DNA of 64,000 nt from Myxococcota bacterium (GCA_965250285.1 OZ252299.1:4864001-4928000); one strand, 5' to 3'. Shown: positions 20,971 through 30,757, numbered from the stretch's first letter. A program made the numbers and translations. The notes: generated by a model from the letters alone, not told the origin.

Positions 20971-21900
20971 ATGACCCACGCAGAGCCCACTCCGCAAGCG
21001 CCCGATCTCGATGCTACCCAGGCCGCCTGGGACGGGATCGACATCGATCAGGTGCGCAACGTCGCGTGGACGGCGATCCCCTACTTCATGGAACACAACC
21101 TCGCGCGCCTCGGCGGCCCGAACCCGCACGCACGGGTGCGCGCGCTGCTCGCCGAGCGCGTGCCGGTCGAGCGACGCGAAGCGCTGGTCGGCGGCGTCCT
21201 GCTCTGTGGCGACATGCGGGGAGAGGCTCCGATCTTTCGGCCGGCCGACGGCGTCGCATTCCAGCACGTCGACGGCTTCGATCTGAGCCCGGCCTCGCTG
21301 GAGCGTGTCGACGCCGACGGCATCCCGTTCGAAGGCCACGTCGCCGATTGCAATACGCTCGAGCTCGACGAGGGTCGCTACGACCTGCTCGTCGGCCACC
21401 ACGGGATCCACCACGTGATGGAGCTCGGCCACCTCTTCGATCAGGCCCGCCAGGGGCTGCGCGAGACCGGCCTGCTGATGATGGACGAGTGGATCGGCCC
21501 CCCCTTCCTCCAGCTGCCGCGGCGCAATGCCTTCTTTGCCCGGCTGCTCTTGTTTGGCCTCTACCCGAAACCGCGCTCGCGGACCAACCACATGGGTCAA
21601 CGCAAAGGGGTCTGGCTCGCACCCCCGCCCGAAGCATTCGACCCGAGCGAGGCCTGCAACTCAGACGCGCTGCTGCCCGAGTATCGCCGTCACTTCGAGC
21701 CGATCGCCGAGGTGCAGTACGGCGGTCTGACCTATCCGGTCTTCGAGGGCATCGGGCATACGATCGACATGGGCCGTTGGACGAACAAGCTGCGCGTGCG
21801 CATCGTGTACCTCGCCGAGCGGGTACTGACCGCGCTGGGCCTCGTGCGCCCACTCTTCGTCTCGTCGATCGGTCAGCCGCGCCGCGGAGCCCGCGCATGA
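20971..21900 (+). CDS. Class I SAM-dependent methyltransferase-like protein
   Basis: LLCGD (degenerate motif I), VDGFDLS, ADCNTLEL..G.YDL, HHV.EL, L...GLL..DE.IGP. Confidence 0.7.
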   Translation: MTHAEPTPQAPDLDATQAAWDGIDIDQVRNVAWTAIPYFMEHNLARLGGPNPHARVRALLAERVPVERREALVGGVLLCGDMRGEAPIFRPADGVAFQHVDGFDLSPASLERVDADGIPFEGHVADCNTLELDEGRYDLLVGHHGIHHVMELGHLFDQARQGLRETGLLMMDEWIGPPFLQLPRRNAFFARLLLFGLYPKPRSRTNHMGQRKGVWLAPPPEAFDPSEACNSDALLPEYRRHFEPIAEVQYGGLTYPVFEGIGHTIDMGRWTNKLRVRIVYLAERVLTALGLVRPLFVSSIGQPRRGARA

Positions 21901-24900
21901 GCAGGTCGACGCGCAGACTGATCCCCGTGCTCGGCATGCACCGAAGCGGAACGAGCATCGCCACGCGGGGCCTCGCGTGTCTAGGCGTGTCGCTGGGCGA
22001 CGACCTGCTCGCAGGCAGCGCCGGCGACAACCCCACGGGCTATTTCGAAGATGCCGCGATCCACGCAATCTGTGAGCACGTGCTCGACGCCGTCGGCTCG
22101 AGCTGGCATGACCTGGCGCCCATCGAGACCGGCCCGCTCGATTCGGCCCGCGTGCGCGGCCTCGCCAACGACGCCGTGGCACTGCTCGAGCGTCGGCTCG
22201 AAGCGCAGCCGATCTTCGCCTTCAAGAACCCGCGCACCTCGAAGCTGCACGCGTTCTTCGAGCCGGTGTTCGCGCGGCTCGACGCCGACGTCCGCAGCGT
22301 CTTCGTGACCCGCCACCCCCTTTCGGTGATCCGCTCGCTCGAGGCCCGGGACGGCTTCGACCCCGCCAAGTCGGCGCAGCTCTGGCTCGCGCACTCGCTC
22401 GAAGCGGTGCTGGGGGTCGGCACGACGCCCGCAACCTGCATCGACTACGACGAGCTGATCACGTCGCCGCGAGACGTGCTCACGCGCGTCGCCCGCGAGC
22501 TCGACCTCGATCCACCGCGTGAGGCCGAGCTCGACACGTACGTGACGAGCCTGCTCGATGAGGGCCTGCGTCACACCACGTTCGACGCTGAAGATCTCGG
22601 CGCCGACCCGCGCGTGAACACGCTGGTCGGTGAGGCGTGGCAGCTGCTGCGCTCATGCGCGCGGGGCGACGCCTCCCTCGCCGACGAGAGCGTGCGGCGT
22701 GCGCTCGCCGCGCTGCGCACGCGCGCGACGCTGCTCGCACCGCTCAGCGAGCTGGCGAGTCGACAGGAGCGAGCGGTCGATCGACTGAGCGAAGAGAACA
22801 CGACGCTCCGCGAGCAGATCGAGCTGCAGCAGCGCATGATCGAAGACCGCGAAGACCTGATCGCCGTGCGCGACGAGGCGGTGCGCGATCAGCGAAGCGA
22901 GATCGAGCGCCAGCACGATCACATCGAGTCGCTCAAGAACGAGATCGTCGATCTGCGCTACGAGGCGGGCACGCAGCGCGCGGCGTTCAGCGAGGCGGGC
23001 AACCGCATCGAGAGCCTCTGGAACGTCGGTCAGCAGCTGCGCGCCGATCACGCACGAACCGAAGAGCAGCTGCACGCGCGGCTCGCCGAGGCGCTCGCGC
23101 GGGTCGAAACCCTGCGCGACGAGCGCCTGACGCTCGAAGCGCGCGTCGAAGGCCTCGAAGCAGCCGCCGACCGCGAACGCGCCGAAGAGCTCGACGCGGC
23201 CCGCAACGAGGTCGGCCATCTGCACGGGCTGCTGATGCGGGCGCGTGCCGACCTCGAGCGCGTGCAGGCTCACTCGGCCGAAGCGCAGCGTCGCGCAGAC
23301 GAGCTGCAGGTCGAGCTCGATGCAGAAAGGCGCGGCAGCATCGAGTGGTTCCATACTCAGGCGGCCCAGATCGCGGGGCGACTCGTCGACGCCGCCCAGG
23401 CGCTGCGCGAAACGCGCGCCTGGCGCGTGAGCCGGCGCATTCAGACATCGGTCGATCGCCGCCGCCTCGCGCGCCCCATCGATGCGGCAGAGCACCTACA
23501 GAATCTGATGATCGAGCTGCAGGCTCGAGCGCGTCGGCACGACATGGACGCGCTCGCTCTGCTCGACTTCACACGACTCGTCGACGAGACGAAGCGCCAC
23601 ATCCTCGACGGACGCATCTTCAAGGTGCTCCGGCGCGCGAACGCGATCGCCTCGGGGCCCCGGCGTCGCGGTGCGGCGCCCGGTCCGGTCGAGCAGCTCG
23701 AGCACGGGATCGCCGAGCTGCTCGAGTTCGCCGCGCAGATGGCGCAGGCGCCGTTTACGACCGCCGAGCCCACGCTCGAACCGGGCGAGGCGCTGCTCGG
23801 CTCCGCGAAGGATGCCCGGGTCGATGTCGTGATCCCGGTCTACGGCGGACGCGAGGCGACGCTCGACTGCATCGCTTCGGTCGGGCGCAGCCGCAACCGC
23901 ACGCCGATCGAGCTCGTCGTGATCGATGACGCGACGCCCGATGTCGACCTCGCGCGCGAGCTCGATCGCCTGGACCAGGCCGGCGAGATCACCCTGCTGC
24001 GCAATGAGCGAAACCTCGGCTTCCCCGCCACGGCCAACCGCGGCATGGCGCTGCATCCCGAACGCGACGTCGTGCTGCTCAACGCCGATACCCGGGTGAA
24101 CGGAGACTGGCTCGACCGCATGCGCGCAGCCGCGCACTCCGACTGGAACGTCGCCACGGTCACCCCGTTCTCGAACAACGCCGAGATCTGCAGCTACCCC
24201 CGCGTCTGCCAGGTGAACGAGTACCCCGGTGTCAGCGAGCAGGCGCGCATCGACGGCGCGATGGCGAGGGTGAATGCAGGTCGGACGCTCACGATCCCCA
24301 CGGCCGTCGGCTTCTGCATGTACCTGCGTCGCGATGCGCTCCGGCAGGTCGGGCCCTTCGATGCCCTGCGCTTCGAGCGCGGCTACGGCGAAGAGAACGA
24401 CCTCTGCATGCGGCTGCGCGCACGCGGCTTGCGCAACGTGCTCGCGGCCGACGTCTACGTCGCCCACGCAGGCGGCGCGTCATTCGGCGACGAGAAACAG
24501 GCGCTCGTCGACCGCGCGCTCGCGCGACTGGCCGAGGTCTACCCCGACTACGAACGCGAGGTGGGGGCGTTCATCGCCGACGATCCGATGAAGTCGCTGC
24601 GCGTGCGCGCCGAAGCGGCTCTGCTGCCGCGCGCGGGCGACGCCACCGTGCTCTTCGTGACGCACGATCGCGGCGGCGGCACGGCCCGACACGTCGACGA
24701 TCTGGCGGGCCGACTCGAGCGCGAAGGCGTGCGGGTCTTGATGCTCTCTCCCGAGCCCTCGGGTGCCGTGCGGCTCGAGCTGTGGGACGAAGACCGACCA
24801 TCAGACGAGATCGATGTCTTCTCGAACCTGCGCTTCGACGTCGAGACCGACTTCGACGATCTGCTCGCGTCGCTGCGCACGGCGGGCGTCGCCCACGTGC

Positions 24901-25829
24901 ACTTCCACCACCTGATCGGCCTGCCCGACGGCATCGCACGCCTCCCTCAGCGGCTGGGCATCACGTATGACGTCACGGCCCACGACTACTTCGCCGCCTG
25001 TCCGCGCACGCACATGATCGGGGCCAGCGGCGTCTATTGCGGCGAGCCAGAAGACGTCGACGAGTGCAGTCACTGCATCGCCCGCATCGGCAGCCCGGTC
25101 GGGCGCGCCATCGACGTCGGGCGCTGGCGCGAACGCAGCCAGTCTCTACTCGAAGGTGCGCGTCGCGTCTTCGTGCCGAGCGACGACGCGGCCGCGCGAC
25201 TGGGTCGCTACTTCGATGACGTGCGCTGGCTCGTTCGTCCCCACGCCGAGCCCGCGTGGACCGCGAATTCGGTCGTGGCACCGAAACGTGGGGGCGAGAC
25301 GCGCGTCGCCGTCGTCGGTGCGATCGGGTATCACAAGGGTTCGCGGATCCTGGCCGAATGCGCCCGCGACGCAGCCGACCGCAAGCTGCCTCTCCATTTC
25401 GTTCTGATCGGTCATACCGATCGCACCGAAGAGCTGCGCGGCACCCGCCACGTCGAGGTCACTGGCCCCTACGAAGAGTCGAACCTGATGACGCTGCTCG
25501 AGCGGGCACGGTGTCAGCTCGCGTTCCTGCCGTCGGTCTGGCCCGAGACCTACTGCTTTACGCTCTCTCACGTCGTGCGCGCACAGCTGCACCCGGTGGT
25601 CTTCGACCTCGGTGCACCGGCCGCACGCGTGCGGGCCATGGGTTTCGGCGATGTCCTACCGCTCGGCTGGACGGCGACGCAGATCAACGATCGACTGCTC
25701 GCGATCGAACCCGCCGACTTCCCCCGCGACCGCGTCGAAGCGGCGCACGACCACCCCTGGACCTCGTGTCTCAAGGACTACTACGACGGATTGGTGCTCG
25801 AGGCGCCGGAGCACACCACCCCGAGCTGA
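21897..25829 (+). CDS. Multidomain protein: sulfotransferase - coiled coil - GT2 - GT4-like glycosyltransferase (1310 aa)
   Basis: VLGMHRSGTS and RHPLSVIRS (PAPS motifs); long E/R/L/Q heptad region; VDVVIPVY, IDD, NLGF, LNADT, GYGEENDLC (GT2); HDY..CPR, HKG, PSVWPETY (GT-B). ATGA overlap with the methyltransferase. Confidence 0.88.
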   Translation: MSRSTRRLIPVLGMHRSGTSIATRGLACLGVSLGDDLLAGSAGDNPTGYFEDAAIHAICEHVLDAVGSSWHDLAPIETGPLDSARVRGLANDAVALLERRLEAQPIFAFKNPRTSKLHAFFEPVFARLDADVRSVFVTRHPLSVIRSLEARDGFDPAKSAQLWLAHSLEAVLGVGTTPATCIDYDELITSPRDVLTRVARELDLDPPREAELDTYVTSLLDEGLRHTTFDAEDLGADPRVNTLVGEAWQLLRSCARGDASLADESVRRALAALRTRATLLAPLSELASRQERAVDRLSEENTTLREQIELQQRMIEDREDLIAVRDEAVRDQRSEIERQHDHIESLKNEIVDLRYEAGTQRAAFSEAGNRIESLWNVGQQLRADHARTEEQLHARLAEALARVETLRDERLTLEARVEGLEAAADRERAEELDAARNEVGHLHGLLMRARADLERVQAHSAEAQRRADELQVELDAERRGSIEWFHTQAAQIAGRLVDAAQALRETRAWRVSRRIQTSVDRRRLARPIDAAEHLQNLMIELQARARRHDMDALALLDFTRLVDETKRHILDGRIFKVLRRANAIASGPRRRGAAPGPVEQLEHGIAELLEFAAQMAQAPFTTAEPTLEPGEALLGSAKDARVDVVIPVYGGREATLDCIASVGRSRNRTPIELVVIDDATPDVDLARELDRLDQAGEITLLRNERNLGFPATANRGMALHPERDVVLLNADTRVNGDWLDRMRAAAHSDWNVATVTPFSNNAEICSYPRVCQVNEYPGVSEQARIDGAMARVNAGRTLTIPTAVGFCMYLRRDALRQVGPFDALRFERGYGEENDLCMRLRARGLRNVLAADVYVAHAGGASFGDEKQALVDRALARLAEVYPDYEREVGAFIADDPMKSLRVRAEAALLPRAGDATVLFVTHDRGGGTARHVDDLAGRLEREGVRVLMLSPEPSGAVRLELWDEDRPSDEIDVFSNLRFDVETDFDDLLASLRTAGVAHVHFHHLIGLPDGIARLPQRLGITYDVTAHDYFAACPRTHMIGASGVYCGEPEDVDECSHCIARIGSPVGRAIDVGRWRERSQSLLEGARRVFVPSDDAAARLGRYFDDVRWLVRPHAEPAWTANSVVAPKRGGETRVAVVGAIGYHKGSRILAECARDAADRKLPLHFVLIGHTDRTEELRGTRHVEVTGPYEESNLMTLLERARCQLAFLPSVWPETYCFTLSHVVRAQLHPVVFDLGAPAARVRAMGFGDVLPLGWTATQINDRLLAIEPADFPRDRVEAAHDHPWTSCLKDYYDGLVLEAPEHTTPS

Positions 25830-25844
25830 AGGCGCGGGCCGGGA

Positions 25845-27239
25845 TCAGCCGCGAACCTCGGCCGAGCGCACGACCGCTTCGCCCACCGGCACCAGGGCGG
25901 CTGCAGCCGCGTCGCCTTCGGGCACGAGATCGACCGTGCCCGTGCCACGCAGACCGCTCTCGAGCGAAACACGAAAGCTCAAGACGTCGATGATGCGATG
26001 CAGAAAGAGCTCCTCGCCCGAGGCACGGGCGACCACACCAGCATTCGCAAAGTAGGTGCCGGGGTTGAGGCGCAGCTCGAAGGGCAACCGCACGTCGATC
26101 TCGTCGCCCGGCGTCACGCGCCGACCGACTGCGTCGGGGGGCGCATCGGCCAGACCGCCGAGCTCACTGCCGACGAGGTTCTTCAGCATCATCCCGAATC
26201 GTACGCCCTCGGCGGCGCGATCAAAGCGCACACGAAAGGCATAGACGTAGCGAGCCCCCCGGTGCAGCACGTTCACGCGTTCGCCGCGCTCGGTCTCGAT
26301 GCGGACGTCTTCGATGTGCGCGCCCTGCGACGCGTACTCGACACGGCTCTTCGATTCGAGCCCGGCGTCGAATCGCTCGGCTTCGAGCGGAGCCGGATCG
26401 GCCGCGGGCTGCGATTCGCTGGAGCCCGACGAGAAGCGGCCTTCGGTCGTCTCCGCCAGGATCTCGGCGCGCAGCGCGGGCTGACGACCCGGCGGCGCGT
26501 AGATCAGTCGGTGATAGCGAGGCAACACGTCTCGCGGGGCGCCGACGCAGAGCGCCTCGCCCGCGTCGAGCAGCATGACGCGATCGCACAGCTCGAGCAC
26601 CGCCGCAGCCGAGTGCGAGACGAAGAGCAGTGTGACGCCGGCGGCCTTCATCTCTTCGATGCGTCCGTAGCAGCGGCGCTGAAAGGCCTCGTCGCCGACC
26701 GCCAACGCCTCGTCGACGACGAGCACATCGGGGGTCGCGCTGACCGCCACGGCGAACGCGAGGCGCACGAACATGCCCGTCGAATAGTGGTGTACCGGCT
26801 CGTCCAGATAGGCCCCGAGATCAGCGAACGCCGCGATCTCGTCGAATCGCGATTCGACCTCGGCCTTCGAGAGCCCGAGCAGGGCGCCCTGCACGAAGAC
26901 GTTCTCGCGGCCGGTCAGCGCGGGATCGAAGCCGGCGCCGAGCTCGAGCAGCGCCGCGAGCTGGCCGGCCACCTCGACGTCGCCCGTGGTCGGAGCGAGC
27001 GTGCCCGAGACGATCTCGAGCAGGGTCGACTTGCCGCAGCCGTTTCGGCCGACGATGCCGAACGACTCACCGCGCTCGACTTCGAACGATACGTCGCGGA
27101 GCGCCCACATCGCACGGGCATCGCTCGGCTCGCGATCGAGCAGCGCGCTGCGGACGCGCTGCCACGGGGTGGCCTGCAGCGAGTAGCGCTTGCCGAGACC
27201 CCGCACGCGCACGGCGGGCGAGGTGGCCTCAGACGACAT
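25845..27239 (-). CDS. wzt: Polysaccharide ABC exporter ATP-binding subunit with C-terminal Wzt_C domain
   Basis: GRNGCGKST, LELGAGF, YSTGM..RLAFA, DEALAVGD, plus a ~170-aa C-terminal beta-rich extension. Confidence 0.92.
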   Translation of the reverse strand: MSSEATSPAVRVRGLGKRYSLQATPWQRVRSALLDREPSDARAMWALRDVSFEVERGESFGIVGRNGCGKSTLLEIVSGTLAPTTGDVEVAGQLAALLELGAGFDPALTGRENVFVQGALLGLSKAEVESRFDEIAAFADLGAYLDEPVHHYSTGMFVRLAFAVAVSATPDVLVVDEALAVGDEAFQRRCYGRIEEMKAAGVTLLFVSHSAAAVLELCDRVMLLDAGEALCVGAPRDVLPRYHRLIYAPPGRQPALRAEILAETTEGRFSSGSSESQPAADPAPLEAERFDAGLESKSRVEYASQGAHIEDVRIETERGERVNVLHRGARYVYAFRVRFDRAAEGVRFGMMLKNLVGSELGGLADAPPDAVGRRVTPGDEIDVRLPFELRLNPGTYFANAGVVARASGEELFLHRIIDVLSFRVSLESGLRGTGTVDLVPEGDAAAAALVPVGEAVVRSAEVRG

Positions 27240-28083
27240 CGGCGAACACACCTCGCAGGCGCGCGAAGACCGCTGCGCCGATCCACGCCATCGCCCACGA
27301 CACACCGAGGAGGAGCAGCAGCGGGGCGGTCGCAGGCATGACACCGAAAGCTGCGACGTCGCGGACGAGCTCGACGGGGATCGTCAGCGGATTCAGCATC
27401 ATCCACGGGCGCATGGCCTCGGGCACGACACTGAGCGGATACAGGATCGGAGACAAGAACATCAGCGCCGTGAGCAGCAGCTGCATGCCTTCGCGCAGAT
27501 CGCGAACGAGCGCGCCCGCGCAAGCGATCACGTAGGTCAGGCCGAGCGTCGCGAGCACGAGCGGAATCAGCACGACCGGCAGCCACACCAACGTGGCGGG
27601 GGGGATGCCCTGGAGCAGCGTCCATGCGACGAGAAAGATCGCGATGCGGACGCCCAGGTGGAAGAGGGCCGTGAGTGACACCACCCAGGGCAGCACCTCG
27701 AGCGGGAACACCACCTTCTTCACGTAGCTGGCATGACCCTCGAGCAGGGTCGCGGCCTCGCCCAGACACTCGCTGACGTACCAGAAGACGCAGAGCCCGA
27801 GAAACAGGAGCAGGGCGTACTGCAGGGTGTCGGGCTCGTCGCTCCAGCGCGAGCCGAACATCACACCGAAGACGAGGGTGAAGATCGCGAGGGTGAGCAG
27901 CGGCGAGAGCACCGACCAGGACGCGCCGAGCATCGAGCCGCGGTAGCGCGCGACGATGCGGCGCCACGTGAGTCGTGTGGCGAGCTCTCGGTGGTCGGTG
28001 AGCGCGCGGAGCGGCGCGAACGGGCCAGGCCAACTCGCGCGCGGCGTCCTCGAGACGAGCGCCGGCTCTCCGGATGCCGCCAT
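27229..28083 (-). CDS. wzm: Polysaccharide ABC exporter permease
   Basis: ARYRGSMLG..WS.L.PL, YVKKVVFP, RDL, FLSPILYP, LNP. Confidence 0.92.
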   Translation of the reverse strand: MAASGEPALVSRTPRASWPGPFAPLRALTDHRELATRLTWRRIVARYRGSMLGASWSVLSPLLTLAIFTLVFGVMFGSRWSDEPDTLQYALLLFLGLCVFWYVSECLGEAATLLEGHASYVKKVVFPLEVLPWVVSLTALFHLGVRIAIFLVAWTLLQGIPPATLVWLPVVLIPLVLATLGLTYVIACAGALVRDLREGMQLLLTALMFLSPILYPLSVVPEAMRPWMMLNPLTIPVELVRDVAAFGVMPATAPLLLLLGVSWAMAWIGAAVFARLRGVFADVV

Positions 28084-28222
28084 GTCGGGCTCTCCTCTCG
28101 GTCGGCGGCGCCGGGCCCCGCGCCGCGGCCTTCCGCCCGAAGAGACTAGTACGGGCGGGGGCCTCAGGCGGATCGCGCCGATCGGGCTCGGCTGTGGGGT
28201 GCGGGCGGCTCGGCTCTCTGAG

Positions 28223-28381
28223 GCGAGTGCGGTCGGGCGCTCCGCCGAGGCGTGAAGATCAGGGGCCGTCGCCGGGTTCGCGCGGCTCGGCGGCCGGAAG
28301 CGAGTGCGGTCGGGCGCTCCGCCGAGGCGCGAAGATCAGGGGCCGTCGCCGGGTTCGCGCGGCTCGGCGGCCGGAAGCGAG
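28223..28381. repeat. Tandem duplication, 2 x 77 bp
   Basis: Copies start at 28223 and 28300 and differ by one substitution; the unit includes the GT2 stop codon and last codons. Confidence 0.9.
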
Positions 28382-29385
28382 AGCGGCGCGGTCAACAGCT
28401 TCGTCTTGAGGCTGAGGTCGAGCAGCAGATCCTGCCGACCGATCCCCAGCTGCATCGAGCCGAAGGCGCGGCGAAGGCGCGACACGCCCGGTCGGTAGAG
28501 CGCCAGGTAGCGATCGAGCAGGCTGGTCGCGTGGTGGATTCGGTCGGCCGTCTCACCCGGCGGCCAGTCCGGCGCGATCTCTTTGAGCCGCGCCCGAAGC
28601 GCGCGGCACTGGCGCACCGTGTCGAGGAGCGGCTCGTTCGAGTGACGCTGCCAGCGCAGCGTGCGCTGCCCGAGCTCGCGCACGACTTCGACGTACGGCT
28701 TCGCTCCGATCTGGTTTCGGTCGTGCTGGCGATAGCGAACGGTCGCGCGTTCGCGTGCCATCAGATGGCCGGTCGAGGCGGCGCAGAGCGCGATCCACCA
28801 GTCGTGCATGATGGCTTCATCGGGCACCGGCAACGCGATCTCGGCGAGGGGGCGATTGAACATCGTCGCGCAACCGGTCACGAAGTTCTGGACGGCGAGC
28901 ACCTCGAGCGCGCCTCGACTCGCATGGCGAATGCGTTGGTGGGCGAAGAACGAGGGCGCGAGCGGGCGACCTTCCTCGTCGACAAGTTCGAGGTCACCGT
29001 GGACGAGCAGGGGCTCCTCGGGGTGGTGCGCGCGGCCCGCGATCTCGAGTGAATCGGCGAGGTGGGTCGGGCGCCACTCGTCGTCCTGGTCCGCGAGCGC
29101 GATCCACTGCGCGTCGGCGTCGAGGGCGTCTCGAATCAGCCGGCCGTAGCTCGCTCGGGTACCCAGGCGGTCGGCCCGTGCGGGCGCCGGGCGAACCCGC
29201 GCGTCGCGCGCGTGCCAGCGATCGATCTGCTCGGCCGTCTGCGCATCGCCGTCGTCGTGACGCAGCCAGACGCAGAGCGCATCGTGGGTCTGTTCGACGA
29301 TCGTCTCGAGCTGTCGATCGAGGAGTGCTGGCCGCGGATGAAAGAGCGAGCACACGACGTGCACGGTGCGATCGACGGTCGTCAC
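28336..29385 (-). CDS. Glycosyltransferase family 2 (rhamnosyltransferase-like)
   Basis: QLETI..QT, HDDG, ALADQDDEW, QNFVTGCAT.FNR, MHDWW, YRQH..N.IGA. Confidence 0.88.
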   Translation of the reverse strand: MTTVDRTVHVVCSLFHPRPALLDRQLETIVEQTHDALCVWLRHDDGDAQTAEQIDRWHARDARVRPAPARADRLGTRASYGRLIRDALDADAQWIALADQDDEWRPTHLADSLEIAGRAHHPEEPLLVHGDLELVDEEGRPLAPSFFAHQRIRHASRGALEVLAVQNFVTGCATMFNRPLAEIALPVPDEAIMHDWWIALCAASTGHLMARERATVRYRQHDRNQIGAKPYVEVVRELGQRTLRWQRHSNEPLLDTVRQCRALRARLKEIAPDWPPGETADRIHHATSLLDRYLALYRPGVSRLRRAFGSMQLGIGRQDLLLDLSLKTKLLTAPLSLPAAEPREPGDGP

Positions 29386-29490
29386 GTCACGTCTCCCTTC
29401 GGTGCCCGACCGGTCGCATCATCGACGTCGATCCAACCCCGGCGGCTGGCCGCCGATGCGCAGGACATCCGCCGTCATCTCTTGCTCGCA

Positions 29491-30105
29491 TCATCGGCCG
29501 AGGTCCACATCCAGCCGCTCGCCGACGATGCACAGCACATCGGCCGTGATCGCCTGCTCATCGCGGTCGGCGTCGACGCGCGTGAGATGTGGGCGATCGA
29601 TCTTCGCGAACACGTCGGCCACCCGCTCCTGAAAGCCGAGCTCTTCGAAGACGGGCTCGGCCACACCGCCGCGCGCCGTGACGCGCTCGAAGCTGCGCCG
29701 CGGGGCGATCTCGAAGAGCAGAGTCAGATCGGGCGTCGGGAACCGGGCCTCGCTCTCGGCCAGGATCGCGTCGGCGTCGAGACCCCGAGCCCCTTGATAG
29801 GCGACGGTCGACAGGTAGTAGCGATCGGTCAGCACCCACTGGCCGCGTGCTCGCGCGGGCTCGATCACCTCGCGGACGTGCTCGGCCCGGTCGGCCATGA
29901 ACCACGCGAGCTCCTGCTCGGGTTCGACCGCGACGCCAGAGCGCGCCATCTCGCGAATCTTGCGTCCCATGTCGCCATTGGTCGGTTCGAAGGTCAACAC
30001 GTGCGCGATGCCCGCCGCATCGAGGTGGGCCGCCAGCGCGCGAATCTGCGTGCTCTTGCCGCTGCCATCGATGCCTTCGAAGGCGATGAGCGGACCGGGA
30101 TTCAC
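29491..30105 (-). CDS. tmk: Thymidylate kinase
   Basis: FEGIDGSGKSTQ, TFEP, ADRAEH, TDRY..S..AYQG. Confidence 0.95.
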   Translation of the reverse strand: MNPGPLIAFEGIDGSGKSTQIRALAAHLDAAGIAHVLTFEPTNGDMGRKIREMARSGVAVEPEQELAWFMADRAEHVREVIEPARARGQWVLTDRYYLSTVAYQGARGLDADAILAESEARFPTPDLTLLFEIAPRRSFERVTARGGVAEPVFEELGFQERVADVFAKIDRPHLTRVDADRDEQAITADVLCIVGERLDVDLGR

Positions 30106-30219
30106 GATCGTGTGACCTCCGCGTCACGTCCGCCGCCGACGCTGTGATCGACCCGGACGCGACGTGCGCACTGGGCCGACGAGGAGCGCCCCACACGCCG
30201 GCACGTGGCTTGCTCTTGT

Positions 30220-30350
30220 GGATCAGTGTCGCCCAACGGCGACACCCGCCACACCCCTCTAACGGGACCGGGGGTGGGCGGACCCGGCGGCGCCGGGCGG
30301 TGACACAGTTGTCGGGGTCGGCTCGTGTACGGGGTGGGGCCGACCTCGCG
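30220..30350. other. Multi-hairpin structured intergenic segment
   Basis: Four adjacent stems, including GTGTCGCC-CAAC-GGCGACAC and GGTCGGCTC...GGGCCGACC. Confidence 0.4.
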
Positions 30351-30479
30351 TCTCCGCCCGGCGTCACCCTTGGCCGCGATTCGATCGATGGCCGAGAGCG
30401 GAGAACGGCGAGACGAGAGCCGAGAGACGAGCGCCGGTGGTCGAAGGTCGAGCACCGAGCGTCGGCGAACCCGGCAGCG

Positions 30480-30641
30480 GGGCGCGGGCGAGCAGCCGCG
30501 TTTGGTGCACTCACGTGGGGCGGAGCGGCTTCGCGCGTGGCTCGAGCACGAACGCCGGGCGCGGGCGAGCAGCCGCGTTGGGTGCGCCCACGTGCAGCGG
30601 AGCGGCTTCGCGCGTGGCTCGAGCACGAACGCCGGGCGCGG
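30480..30641. repeat. Tandem repeat, 2 x 77 bp plus a partial third copy, with internal hairpin
   Basis: Copies start at 30480, 30557 and 30634 (partial); 5 differences, all inside the AGCCGC...GCGGCT loop. Confidence 0.88.
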
Positions 30642-30757
30642 TCACGAGGACCGGCCCGGCGCAACATGCTCGACCCAGGCGTCGCGCGCAGAGCGCAGGC
30701 GACGCATGTGGAGCCGAAGCTCGGGCGAGGCGACCCGCGCCAACGCCCGAGCGTGGA

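Noticed and set aside
20850..21896. N-terminal 349 aa of the 1659-aa ORF
   Set aside because: It overlaps the methyltransferase in another frame and is Arg/Ala/Pro-rich noise; the real start is ATG 21897.
30480..30641. CRISPR array
   Set aside because: Only two units, the variable parts are near-identical rather than unique spacers, and no cas genes are present.
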